From Savitreella phatthalungensis (Eukaryota), in contig AP039695.1 in the NCBI GenBank assembly GCA_051599415.1, positions 496,001-560,000 on the forward strand: DNA of 64,000 bases. The letters are read 5' to 3'. Below the pieces are notes generated by a model. That model did not search any database, was not told the DNA's origin, and was given only the letters and a program-made list of their open reading frames with translations. Numbering within the stretch: the stretch's first letter is position 1; each line of letters opens with the position of its first letter. The translations under genes were made by a program, and so were the position numbers. Below, piece by piece: positions 54,850 through 64,000 of the stretch.

Positions 54850-55658
54850 AACGAATTCCAAGGTCGAGTGGTCAGTTCGTTGTTGACTGTCTTGATCGGT
54901 ACACGAATTCGGCGCGTCCGAACGCCCAATACCTCGAAGCGATGTTCTCCTCCTTATTCCTGCCCTGTACGTCACCTGCCTTCGTATAGAGCACTAAGAA
55001 GTTGTGTGCTCTGATTACCAAGAAGTGTATGGTCGTGGCTATAGGCGCCTACTACGATAGAGCTTCAACAGAGGTGCGTGTAGAACATATGAATGATATA
55101 TCTCACCATCTTTCCAGATGATGCGTGTATACAGTATGTTGCTGTTTGCTCGCTGTTGCTGCATTCAGCATTCAATTATTTAAAGGTTAGCGGGAAGTGA
55201 GTGAGTTCCAATAATTGTTATGGCTCAAATTACGAAGGCAGCACTGCAGAAAGTAAAATAAATTATTTCATTTGTTCGATCTGCATTCAGCCCTAGAAAA
55301 CAAATTGATCGAATTAATGCTTTTCTATTTGAAGAATGGTTGATTTGAATAAATAGAGCCTGAACTTATGCACATGTGTAGCTGGAGTGGACATGAATGA
55401 ATCCCTGCATCGATCATGAGCAGTATCAGGAGTTCGTTCAGATGCACAGTTTCTAAATTTATACACCCGCATCGTCATCCACGCACTTGGCCATCAAGCA
55501 GTCATAGGAATTCACCAGCTCGTACGACGCGAGTACAGGCACTGGAACCACTGTCGTGACTCTCCATACATCAAAAGTAAAGTCGAATTTCCCTCCGAGT
55601 ACCAGGTCCTCGTCAGCTTATAGATAAAGGTGCTTCGACAGTGCTGAAACATATCAAG

Positions 55659-56090
55659 ATGGTCATGCTTAGCGCCCAGATGATTCTTTTACTTTACAGT
55701 TCTCTGACCTCGGCCCTTGCACTGTTCTGCATCATTTCCCCTTCAAAGATTGTCTCTCAGGGCTCTCTACAGCTCATGCGTGACGCCATGCAACTACACG
55801 ACTGGCCATTTGACGATACCGCTCTCGTGCCCGTAGGACTCGTGCTTCTCGTCCTCTCGCTCCATCATTTCGCTTTGTATGTCCGCAATGACGTCCAGCT
55901 TGCTCGGGCGCTTGCACCCTGGCGATTTCTTCTCGACACTGCAGTCTGCGTGTATGCATATGCAGGCACTACAGCGCCCGAAGTGGCAAATGGCGTCGTA
56001 TTCGGTCTCGCATTTGGCGACATGATTGTACAATACTGGATCTTCAGCACTGTCAGAGAGGAAAGCAAGATCACCGTTGTCGACACATGA
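55659..56090 (+). CDS. ilm1: Ilm1-family membrane protein
   Basis: P.KI..Q.....M..AM.L, a 4-TM layout, AP.R, and NGVVF..AF.DM...YWIFSTVREE. Confidence 0.78.
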   Translation: MVMLSAQMILLLYSSLTSALALFCIISPSKIVSQGSLQLMRDAMQLHDWPFDDTALVPVGLVLLVLSLHHFALYVRNDVQLARALAPWRFLLDTAVCVYAYAGTTAPEVANGVVFGLAFGDMIVQYWIFSTVREESKITVVDT

Positions 56091-56118
56091 AGGATCCTCT
56101 TATCATATTCAGGCGCCG

Positions 56119-57255
56119 CTACTTACGAAGTCGTCCCAGAAGTCTGCCGATAGGTGATCGACCACTCTGACCGCGCTTCACAGGCTTGTCGCTGTCATTG
56201 TGATGTGATGAGGCTTCAGACATGTCTGTCAGCGGAATTGAAGAACGGTAATTGACCGCACCAGCGTCCATTTCGTCAAGCCAGTGGTGGAAAGCGCTGA
56301 CAAAACGGATGGCTGCGCGTAGGATGAAGAACTGTACGGCAGCTCGAGCGAGATCGAGCAAGACGGTGCCGAGCAAATACAATTGGAATCTTCGATTACA
56401 TCTCATTGTGATTTCAGCCATGTTGAGACGCAGTCCCATTGCGTCGCGACGGGCCGCTCGTCGATAATCGGCCACGCAGACTCCAAGCAAAAATTCCTCG
56501 CGAGCTTTGAGTTCGATAATGTCCCCGATCAAGACGACGAACAGCACAATCGAGAGTCCGAACATGACGATGCGCCAGCCGCGAACACGTTGACGAGCCT
56601 TCTTGGTCTCTTGCCAGACGTCTTTTCCAGGCTTTCGGACAACGGCGAGACCGCGCTGAGAGCTCAGGTAGTATCCCGCTGCTGTGGTAACAATGGCAAA
56701 CAGCCCGTACGCGAGCGCGATCCCTGCCAACCACGATGCGACAGAATCGAGTAGTTGCGCGGACGGACTCCGCGGACTACTGGCACGTCGGCCGCCACTC
56801 AGGCTATCTCCAGCCCACGCAGTTCGGAATATCCCGTCTAGCGCGAGCGCCAGCAACCACAGCCGCAATCCGTCTCGCGCATTCGACACATCTACCAGTG
56901 CCGCGCTCGGCGCACCCAGTCGTCCGAAGGCGGATCCGAAGTTTCCTGGCATCGTTGTCGGGGCAGCCGGCGGTAGCGGTCCAAATGGCCCGGGCTGCCA
57001 TCCCTGCGGTGGCGACGGGTACGCATATGGATCAGGATGTTTATAATCAAGGTCAGATCCTGCCATCGGAGGAGCTCCGTGTGGCGGGGCGTAGTAAGGT
57101 GACATCTTTGCCGCCCGACTGGCGCTTAGCTTGCTTTCTTCAGGGTTGCTGATGTGCTGTTGAGCGATCGCTGGCGACGACAGCGGCGTCAGGAACGGAT
57201 TGCCTTGCGTCGCTTGTCCTTGTTCCTGTGATTTTGGCTTCGTCTCCCGCTCCAT
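56119..57255 (-). CDS. Hypothetical four-TM membrane protein with Pro/Tyr-rich N-terminus
   Basis: Long ORF with four hydrophobic segments and two Cys in the loop between TM3 and TM4. The start could be ATG 57255 or a later ATG (MSPYYAPP). Confidence 0.7.
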   Translation of the reverse strand: MERETKPKSQEQGQATQGNPFLTPLSSPAIAQQHISNPEESKLSASRAAKMSPYYAPPHGAPPMAGSDLDYKHPDPYAYPSPPQGWQPGPFGPLPPAAPTTMPGNFGSAFGRLGAPSAALVDVSNARDGLRLWLLALALDGIFRTAWAGDSLSGGRRASSPRSPSAQLLDSVASWLAGIALAYGLFAIVTTAAGYYLSSQRGLAVVRKPGKDVWQETKKARQRVRGWRIVMFGLSIVLFVVLIGDIIELKAREEFLLGVCVADYRRAARRDAMGLRLNMAEITMRCNRRFQLYLLGTVLLDLARAAVQFFILRAAIRFVSAFHHWLDEMDAGAVNYRSSIPLTDMSEASSHHNDSDKPVKRGQSGRSPIGRLLGRLRK

Positions 57256-57889
57256 GGTCTCTGCTGTCCTGTCGATGCACACGGACGAGCCGGCGGAGCA
57301 GTTCAGAGGGTCGTCAATTTGAACAGGGCTCTACGACGACGACATTTGACCAAAAAAGAGATGGCAGTGACGCGTCTGGAAGGTCTACTGAGACTCGAGT
57401 TGTCTCGAACTGCCGATGACGCGCAATTTGTCGCATAACCCGCTGTTTATATCGCGCTCCGCCTCAGAAGGGTGCAGCTTTAGCTCGCCTTTTCAAGATG
57501 ACACACGTCTCGAGTGTCGTGATCGCCGACAATCTAGCTCTCCACAAGTACCTCCACCCATACCGACGGGATTGCAGAGATGATGCGGTGAACGTCGGGT
57601 GACAAAGATCGCGTGATGATGGTTCGCATGCATTGCAAGTTGAACAGCGATCTTGACCACCAAGTAGCCCCCGTCCCTAGAAATTTGTCCGCAGCCAGCG
57701 GCTCGTCCTCGTGATACTTTGCTTCACACAAACCAAGAACACTGTAGCAGAAATACGAGTATGGTCGTCAAAGATCATACCTACTGAACGTTACGAGGTA
57801 TGCTAAATATACTGTGCATATACTTTTTGTCAAAAGACGTGGTAAAAGCGTGTTGTGCCTGCCGGTCCCGACCTTCATGAGATGTGACC

Positions 57890-60598
57890 CTAGGCAAAGA
57901 GCGAGATGATCGCGGCCTCGACCTGCTTGATCGTAAACGGTTTCAAGATGTAGCCGGCCATGCCAGTCTCCGCGGTCTTGAGCAGATTGTCCCGTGTGGC
58001 GTCTGCGGTGACGGCAAGAATCTGAGGAGGCACGTTGTTGGAGTGTGTCAGCTTCTGCTGCATCGCAATGTGAACGCCTGTTGCCGGGTCGACCTCAGCG
58101 GGTGGTCCGCTCGTCGCTGGAGCCTGCTCATCGGGATCGGGAAACAGGCCATTGATACGTCTCGAAGCCTCGAGACCGTTCATGACAGGCATGCAGATGT
58201 CCATGAGGATCAGATCGACTCGCTCATCTCGATCACGTAGCTTCTGCATCGTTTGTAGAGCCTCCAGACCATGTTCACAGACGAGCATCTCCTGCAATGG
58301 ATACCCGAGCTTCGACAGCATCACTGTTGCCATTCGTCGGTTCACGGGATTATCCTCGACGACCATGATCTTCAGCGGATGTTTCCGGGCGAGCTGCGTA
58401 TCGAAGCCTTGCGGCCGAGTCGATGGTTTCCGAGCGAGTGCAGGGCGTGTGGTGACTGCGGTCGAAGTAGTTGAATCTTGCGTCTCTGCAGACTGCTTGC
58501 TTGCTTTGGTAGGCGTCGTGGGAGCTGGAGGTGCCATTCCGGACTCTGTACGGTCAGCGGCTACCTCACGGCTATGCGCAAGTTCCGCGCGGGCCAGCTC
58601 TGCTTGCTTTTTGACATCTGGCAGGGACAGGCGTCTTGTCTCGTTGAAGGGCGTCTCCGACAACCTTCGTGACGGATGATCAGCCGGTAGCACGCAGAAC
58701 TCAACGAGTGGCAGCTGTATGCGGAATTCAGAGCCTTTTCCAGGCTCACTAAATTCGCACCAACAGTCGCCTCCCATCGCTCTGCACCACTTTCGGGTCA
58801 GGACCAGTCCCAGACCAGCGCCGTCATGATCGCGCTGTAGTGATCGCGAATCGATCTGACTGAAGGCCTTGAAGAGCAGATGCCTTTGCTGCGGATCGAT
58901 GCCGACACCTGTGTCGCGCACGGAGAAGATGACGCTCGGCTCGCCTGTTGGTGGTCCTCGACGGGCGCTCAAATGTACGCTGCCGCTCTTTGTGAATTTC
59001 AGAGCGTTGCTGAGGAGCTTATCGAGCATGTTCATAACCCTTGGTCGGTCAATGAGAAAGGTGCGCGGCAAGTCATCCTCGATCGACCATGTGGCGGGTA
59101 CGTCTGTCTGTGCTATGACAGGCCTTTCGAGAACGCAGCTACCGTCTGCACAATCATTCGATCTTGATTGCTGCTCTCCAGTGGGTGATGCGTCAATCAG
59201 ACCTTGACGCCAATGCGACATGAGTTTGTGTTTATAGATGGCTTCTCGCACGACTTTCTGGATGTCCTCCTCCGCGCGGAATTCTTCAGATTCAAATGGT
59301 CTGTCGTATATGCCATCAGCGTCGGACGGCAGGGGTGATCGCCGTCGCTGCTTTTTAAAGAGCATCTGTGGCGGAGGTGTGGACTGCTCGCTGAAACTCT
59401 CCTGGAAGGTCCGCTTGGCCTTCTGAGCGGTGCTCTCCGGCCGAGAGGCAGCGGTTGGTCCAGTTTCGGCTGCGCCTGACTCAGCTGGCGGTGCTGCTCC
59501 ACTAGTTTGAGCATCAGCAGGGGCAAGTGAGGTGATCGATGATGAGCGCGGCGTAGGAACCGTGGGTGGTCCCTTGATCGCGGGCGTCCCTGGTTCGCAG
59601 ACTTCTCTGAAGTTGTTGATGAGATCGAGGAGATTGCTTCCGCTGCTTTGTATTGTGCGGATGATGGTTGATAGTGATGACGACTCCTCTGTCGTCTCCG
59701 GTAGCGAGGCATACAGCACATCCAAAAGTCCGATGACACCTTGTAGCGGCGTTCGGATCTCATGCGAGAGCTTCGAAGCAAAGGAGGCCATGTCGGTGAT
59801 GGCCATGCCGTCGTCAGCACCCAGCAGAGTTCCGTCAGCTATATCGCGCAAACGAGCTTTTCCAAATGAGCCGACCGCTAAGATATGACGTCCGATGCCT
59901 TCGCAGAAGAGATTCATAATCACCTCGCGCTGTGCCCAGGACAAGAGCGACTTGCTGAGACCTTTTGCGGTCCACATACAAGCCAGGTGCCCGATGTTTG
60001 TGCCGGACATGATGAGAGGCACACCGAGGTAAGCATCAGGAAACGGAGTGAAGAGGGCAAAATTAGGGTTATTCGGAAAGGTCGTCGTAGCGTGTGAAGG
60101 GACGAGAACAGAGCGGTCGTGCCGCATCAAGGCGCACGGGCAATCGTACGCGCTATAATTGGCCTGATTGAAGACCACAGCTTTGCCGTCTTCCATGACG
60201 TCTGCAGCCGCAGTCATGACCACCGCTTCCAGTTCTGCACCCTCACATCCGAGACGTTCTGCGCCTTTGATGTGTCCTAAAGTCGGCGACTTGTCGAGTC
60301 TGCGGGAAACCATGCAGACTTGTGCTCCCAAGATCTCTTGCAGTCCGTCGGCGAGAATGTTGAAGTAGGGGTCGGTCTCGCCAAGAGTCGAGCCATCGTC
60401 GGATGAGCGTGTGTCTTCGAGCTCGCCAAGCTTACGTCTCAAGGCGGCGACGCGATCCATCAACTTTCCATCGCGTTCGCTGAAATGAAGCGAAGCAGCT
60501 TCGAGTGTGGTCGGCGCATCATTAGTTTGGCTGGTATTGACTACCTGGTCAGGCGACGTGACGATGATATGCGAACCATCTCTCAAGAAGCTCGCCAT
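57890..60598 (-). CDS. Cytosolic hybrid histidine kinase (GAF-like sensor, HisKA, HATPase, receiver)
   Basis: H-box SHEIRTPLQG, N-box LLSNALKFT, G1 DTGVGI, F-box FKAFSQ, G2 GAGLGL; receiver VVEDN, DLILMD, VTAD and LKPF. First ATG 60598. Confidence 0.93.
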   Translation of the reverse strand: MASFLRDGSHIIVTSPDQVVNTSQTNDAPTTLEAASLHFSERDGKLMDRVAALRRKLGELEDTRSSDDGSTLGETDPYFNILADGLQEILGAQVCMVSRRLDKSPTLGHIKGAERLGCEGAELEAVVMTAAADVMEDGKAVVFNQANYSAYDCPCALMRHDRSVLVPSHATTTFPNNPNFALFTPFPDAYLGVPLIMSGTNIGHLACMWTAKGLSKSLLSWAQREVIMNLFCEGIGRHILAVGSFGKARLRDIADGTLLGADDGMAITDMASFASKLSHEIRTPLQGVIGLLDVLYASLPETTEESSSLSTIIRTIQSSGSNLLDLINNFREVCEPGTPAIKGPPTVPTPRSSSITSLAPADAQTSGAAPPAESGAAETGPTAASRPESTAQKAKRTFQESFSEQSTPPPQMLFKKQRRRSPLPSDADGIYDRPFESEEFRAEEDIQKVVREAIYKHKLMSHWRQGLIDASPTGEQQSRSNDCADGSCVLERPVIAQTDVPATWSIEDDLPRTFLIDRPRVMNMLDKLLSNALKFTKSGSVHLSARRGPPTGEPSVIFSVRDTGVGIDPQQRHLLFKAFSQIDSRSLQRDHDGAGLGLVLTRKWCRAMGGDCWCEFSEPGKGSEFRIQLPLVEFCVLPADHPSRRLSETPFNETRRLSLPDVKKQAELARAELAHSREVAADRTESGMAPPAPTTPTKASKQSAETQDSTTSTAVTTRPALARKPSTRPQGFDTQLARKHPLKIMVVEDNPVNRRMATVMLSKLGYPLQEMLVCEHGLEALQTMQKLRDRDERVDLILMDICMPVMNGLEASRRINGLFPDPDEQAPATSGPPAEVDPATGVHIAMQQKLTHSNNVPPQILAVTADATRDNLLKTAETGMAGYILKPFTIKQVEAAIISLFA

Positions 60599-63500
60599 GG
60601 TCCCGTCACCTACGGCCGTTGTCAAGTCTGACCTGCACCCGTCTGCCTTAAAGACGCTTATCTATCGGCATGAAGTAATCCGGGCAGGTGTTAGTAGTCG
60701 CGCATATACTGTTATCGATTGGTCGGCGGAAATCGACGATCTGACGTCCCGTCGTGGTATGTGCTGACTCGTCGAACGTGACTTGGCGTGAGTCGGCAGC
60801 TAGAGCTGTCGGCAAGCGGATCTTGCTTGGCTTTAATGGGACTTCTTGCTCTGATCGTAGCCACGACCGAAGAGGTTGAAGGAGAAGAAGGCAGATGGAG
60901 GATCCGTTGCGACGAAGAGCACGTTGACTTGAATGACTCGAGGGGAATCCCTTGCAGCACCAGTATCAGTCACGGCAAGCGCTAGTCCACGATGACACGA
61001 TCGAAAGAGAGATGCAAGCCCGAGTCAGTCTGCTCTGCAAGTTCACAGTGAGGACGATGCTTCAAGGTGACGCATGAAACGGATTGTAAGCGCTCGTACG
61101 AACACACAGCAAGCACACGGATGCGCACGTACTGCAGCACTGCCAAAGAGAAAGATAGACACTACCCTTACTGGATGGCGCTACGGGGCGCGTCCACGTC
61201 GGGATTGGAGCTAAGGCCTCTGAGATTCCAGGTCTTTTTTCCTGTCAGCGAAGTGGTTTCCTCGTCTCAACCTCTCTTCCGCGCTTCCAGGACCTTTGAC
61301 TCTTTGGAGCTGGGATGATGCTACCGAGTGGCACTGGCATTGTACAGCTTGACATATTGTAGAGCAGTAGACAGTCTGAGAAGATTCATGTATGAGTAGG
61401 AATCAAACAGTGCAGATAGATGGGTTAGAATACCCAGTAAGGATCAACGGTAAAGCTTCTGAACGCGAAGAGGAATCGCCATTTCTAGACCATAAACAAT
61501 TCATGGCCGGTTTAAGCTTGTGGGGTGGCTGCCGTCAGTCACCTTCGACTGACCATCTTGGACCCTTTTTCTTTTCCAGTGGCGTCCCTTTGATGGATTT
61601 TTACAGGTGAATGGCAAGCAGTGGAAGTGGAAATCCCACCCGTCAGGTTAACTGAGTGCTGAGCGGGACGAGGCGCCAATCTAGAATCCGTGAATGGTAA
61701 AAGTGGATTCACTCAATCAACAGGTCTTGCCTCTTCCTTAAGCTATCGAAGCTGTCGATCAGGTATCAGGACATCGCTCACCCCTCCTCTGTGGCTTCCA
61801 TCCGTCCAGTCGCTAGCAGGAGAAGCGAAATAGAGATGGGTCCGTCTCTACTACACAGAGCCTTAGAGAAATGGTATGTTATCTGTCACGGGTGATTTCT
61901 CTCTGGCCTCGATCGTCATTCTTTCTTGGGACCAACGTCTTTTTGGCCCAAAGCAGCTTGAATTTCCCACTCTCACTGGCTCGTGCCGAAAATTCAGACT
62001 GTGGCGGTCTAAATAGTGTCTGAGCTCAAGCTTGTTACTCTGGACCCAGTCGAACTGCACATACGTCCTATCATTCACACTTTGACAATTTTTGGATGGT
62101 CAGCGAGAGAAACACGAATGTCTCGGAACTGAAATATTCAACACGGTATAAATCCCGTGGTACCAGCCAAATGGGTGCCAGTGGCCACGGTCCAGACCGC
62201 CCTCGTGGAATAGCGTGATCCGTCTCCTCCAACATTATCACCCGAGCATACATACATTTGTCACGAACTTGACAAGGCGCGGCGCCGAAATGGTAGCTCC
62301 AGGTGGGTCAGGTGCGCGCACGAGCCTCCTTGGTAATGCAGAGCGGGACTTGCCATCTAATGCGTATCCCTGGATCGCAGATCATCTTCTGTTCATGGCA
62401 GTCAGTGCTTACAGCGACTGTAATCACAAACTGGCGAAAAAGTTTGTGATCTCCGGATCATCCTTGGTAGCCAATCGACGTCAATCGTGCTATGCGGGGA
62501 CACGCTTCTGCTTAGTTAAAATAGTAAACTATGTAAGCGACGTGCGGATCTGGGGTCAGACGCGCCGATCGAGTTATGAAAATTCACGATGCGAAGTCAA
62601 CCTGAACGGACTCTTCATGATCCCCGGGCGGGCGGACATTCTTGACTACGAGACCTGATCAATACTTGTGGCCGCATTTGTAGAATTTAGTCATGCAAGA
62701 TCAACTGCAGTGCATGTATAAGGCGAAAGATCCTGTTGGGATTGATTATAGTTTACATGCACAATTGATTTCTCGTGCTCAAGGGACGTCGATTGCTTCC
62801 CCCGTGCAATGGACGTTCTGCTTCTCAATATTCCAGATCGGCCGAGTGGCATCGGACTAGAAGCACAACTTCCTTGACTCACGATTGACAAGACAAGGGT
62901 AGGCATGATTCACGGAGGACTGTGTACTTCGAGTCTAAATCACTCCGGCAAGGCTGTACTCGAAACTCTTGAAACGCGTGAGCACGCCACTCCACTTTCG
63001 AGTCCGCAACAAACCCACACATCGTAAAGCCTCCGTCAAGTCTCGAGTGAAATGGGATTGATCACCATGGGTGACCCCGGACGTCGGTGAACGCTGCGAA
63101 CTCCAACAGGACTGCCGTGCTTGGTCAATTGAGCCGATTTCCACGCCTGGCTTCGATTATTTATTCCTAGATAGGATTGATTAGTGTGATTTGGCGAGAT
63201 CCTCTAGACGAATTAAGCGATCAATCATATCGCGCATCTCTGTCTCGATCGATTGTCCGAGTCCAGCTTCTCGGACATAGATAGTCAGCTTTTCCTTGCA
63301 AAGAATGCTACCCTTTCAGTCTGCCTGCGTCCAAGTGCTTCACCTGTCCATACTCGGAACCGATCACGGAGGTGCTCTTGCCACGTTCCTTGGCAAACCC
63401 GTCTCATGCTCGGAGATGGCCAAGCGAGACCCGGAGGCATAGACGGTCAGAGACTCTGCACGTGTATCGCGCCAACGGCCGAGCAATTTCGAAACGTAGC

Positions 63501-63749
63501 TCTAGCCTGGCTTGCAGTTCAATGTCCTCCAAATGACCAGATTCTCCTCTCAAGGACACTCCGTATCTTTTCCCAGGAGATCAATTCTCTTGCGAAATCG
63601 GTGTCCCTCTCAGCGTTTAAGCGCCCGGGGCGATCTGGTACTCCTGTGGACCTCGAGATTGCACTCTTTTGACGACATCGCCACGAGCGTGATCTGTTAA
63701 GCTTGTAGACACTGTAGATTGTTGATGTCGTACGAAGAGCTGTGCAACT

Positions 63750-64000
63750 TCACTGCAGGAACCGCATGAAGGCTAGCAGGAGTGAGCCAACGCCAGCGAT
63801 GAAAGCGGCGAACCATTGGAGCAGCTGGAACTTGACAGTCTCGAGCTGCGTGCGAATGTTCGCAATCTCGGTATCGATCTTGGTATCCGTTTCGCGAATC
63901 TTGAGCTCATGGACTGAATTTTCTTCGCGGATACGTCCCTTTTCAAGATTGAGATCCAGTCGTACATTGGCTTGCGTCTTTGCAATCTCCTCTTTCAGTC
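63750..64000 (-). CDS. fmp32: Fmp32/CCDC90/MCUR1 (DUF1640) mitochondrial protein, 3' part
   Basis: Different frame from the track's 63773-63985 ORF. Manual translation gives LKEEIAKTQANVRLDLNLEKGRIREENSVHELKIRETDTKIDTEIANIRTQLETVKFQLLQWFAAFIAGVGSLLLAFMRFLQ-TGA. Confidence 0.9.
   Translation of the reverse strand, partial: LKEEIAKTQANVRLDLNLEKGRIREENSVHELKIRETDTKIDTEIANIRTQLETVKFQLLQWFAAFIAGVGSLLLAFMRFLQ

Noticed and set aside
62423..62450. Perfect 10-bp hairpin ATCACAAACT...AGTTTGTGAT
   Set aside because: About one such stem is expected by chance in 64 kb, and there are no RNA family features.
63773..63985. 70-aa ORF from the track
   Set aside because: Wrong frame; the overlapping frame encodes the Fmp32 C-terminus.
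1..64000. tRNA, rRNA, snRNA, intact transposons, CRISPR or prokaryotic systems
   Set aside because: None recognised by eye, and the content is eukaryotic. Small RNAs could be missed without tRNAscan-SE or Infernal.

Overview
Eukaryotic, gene-dense and very intron-poor fungal DNA. The gene set and style resemble Taphrinomycotina/early-diverging ascomycetes; that assignment is inference only. About 32 protein-coding genes are supportable. Housekeeping genes: partial utp13, SOD-fold mitoribosomal protein, U1-type zinc finger, NAT9, rpl38, sqt1, ZW10/Dsl1, Sfk1/Frag1, trehalose-synthase regulatory subunit, ecm29, ste24, cyclophilin B, M28 peptidase, pxr1, spg1, ilm1 and partial fmp32. Other genes: a hybrid histidine kinase, an orphan HxxxDG acyltransferase, a secreted mucin-like protein, and a 30.5-42.1 kb run of five carbohydrate-related genes (MFS sugar porter, GH13 amylase, PAN/Apple + spherulin-4 GH135 protein, CE1-like esterase, GH72 Gas1). 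The main anomalies are four. (1) The ZW10/Dsl1 gene is split by a frameshift near 10.70 kb, explained by a 2-bp insertion, a weak 47-nt intron, or recoding. (2) A three-exon coiled-coil gene (51588-52541) missed by the ORF track carries the only well-supported introns in the window, both 3n and both containing in-frame stops. (3) The spherulin-4 protein has a modular architecture and none of the usual galactosaminogalactan cluster partners nearby. (4) (CACT)n tracts recur upstream of several genes with a strand bias. No tRNA, rRNA, intact transposon or CRISPR array was recognised. Family assignments come from motif recognition by eye, not from database searches.
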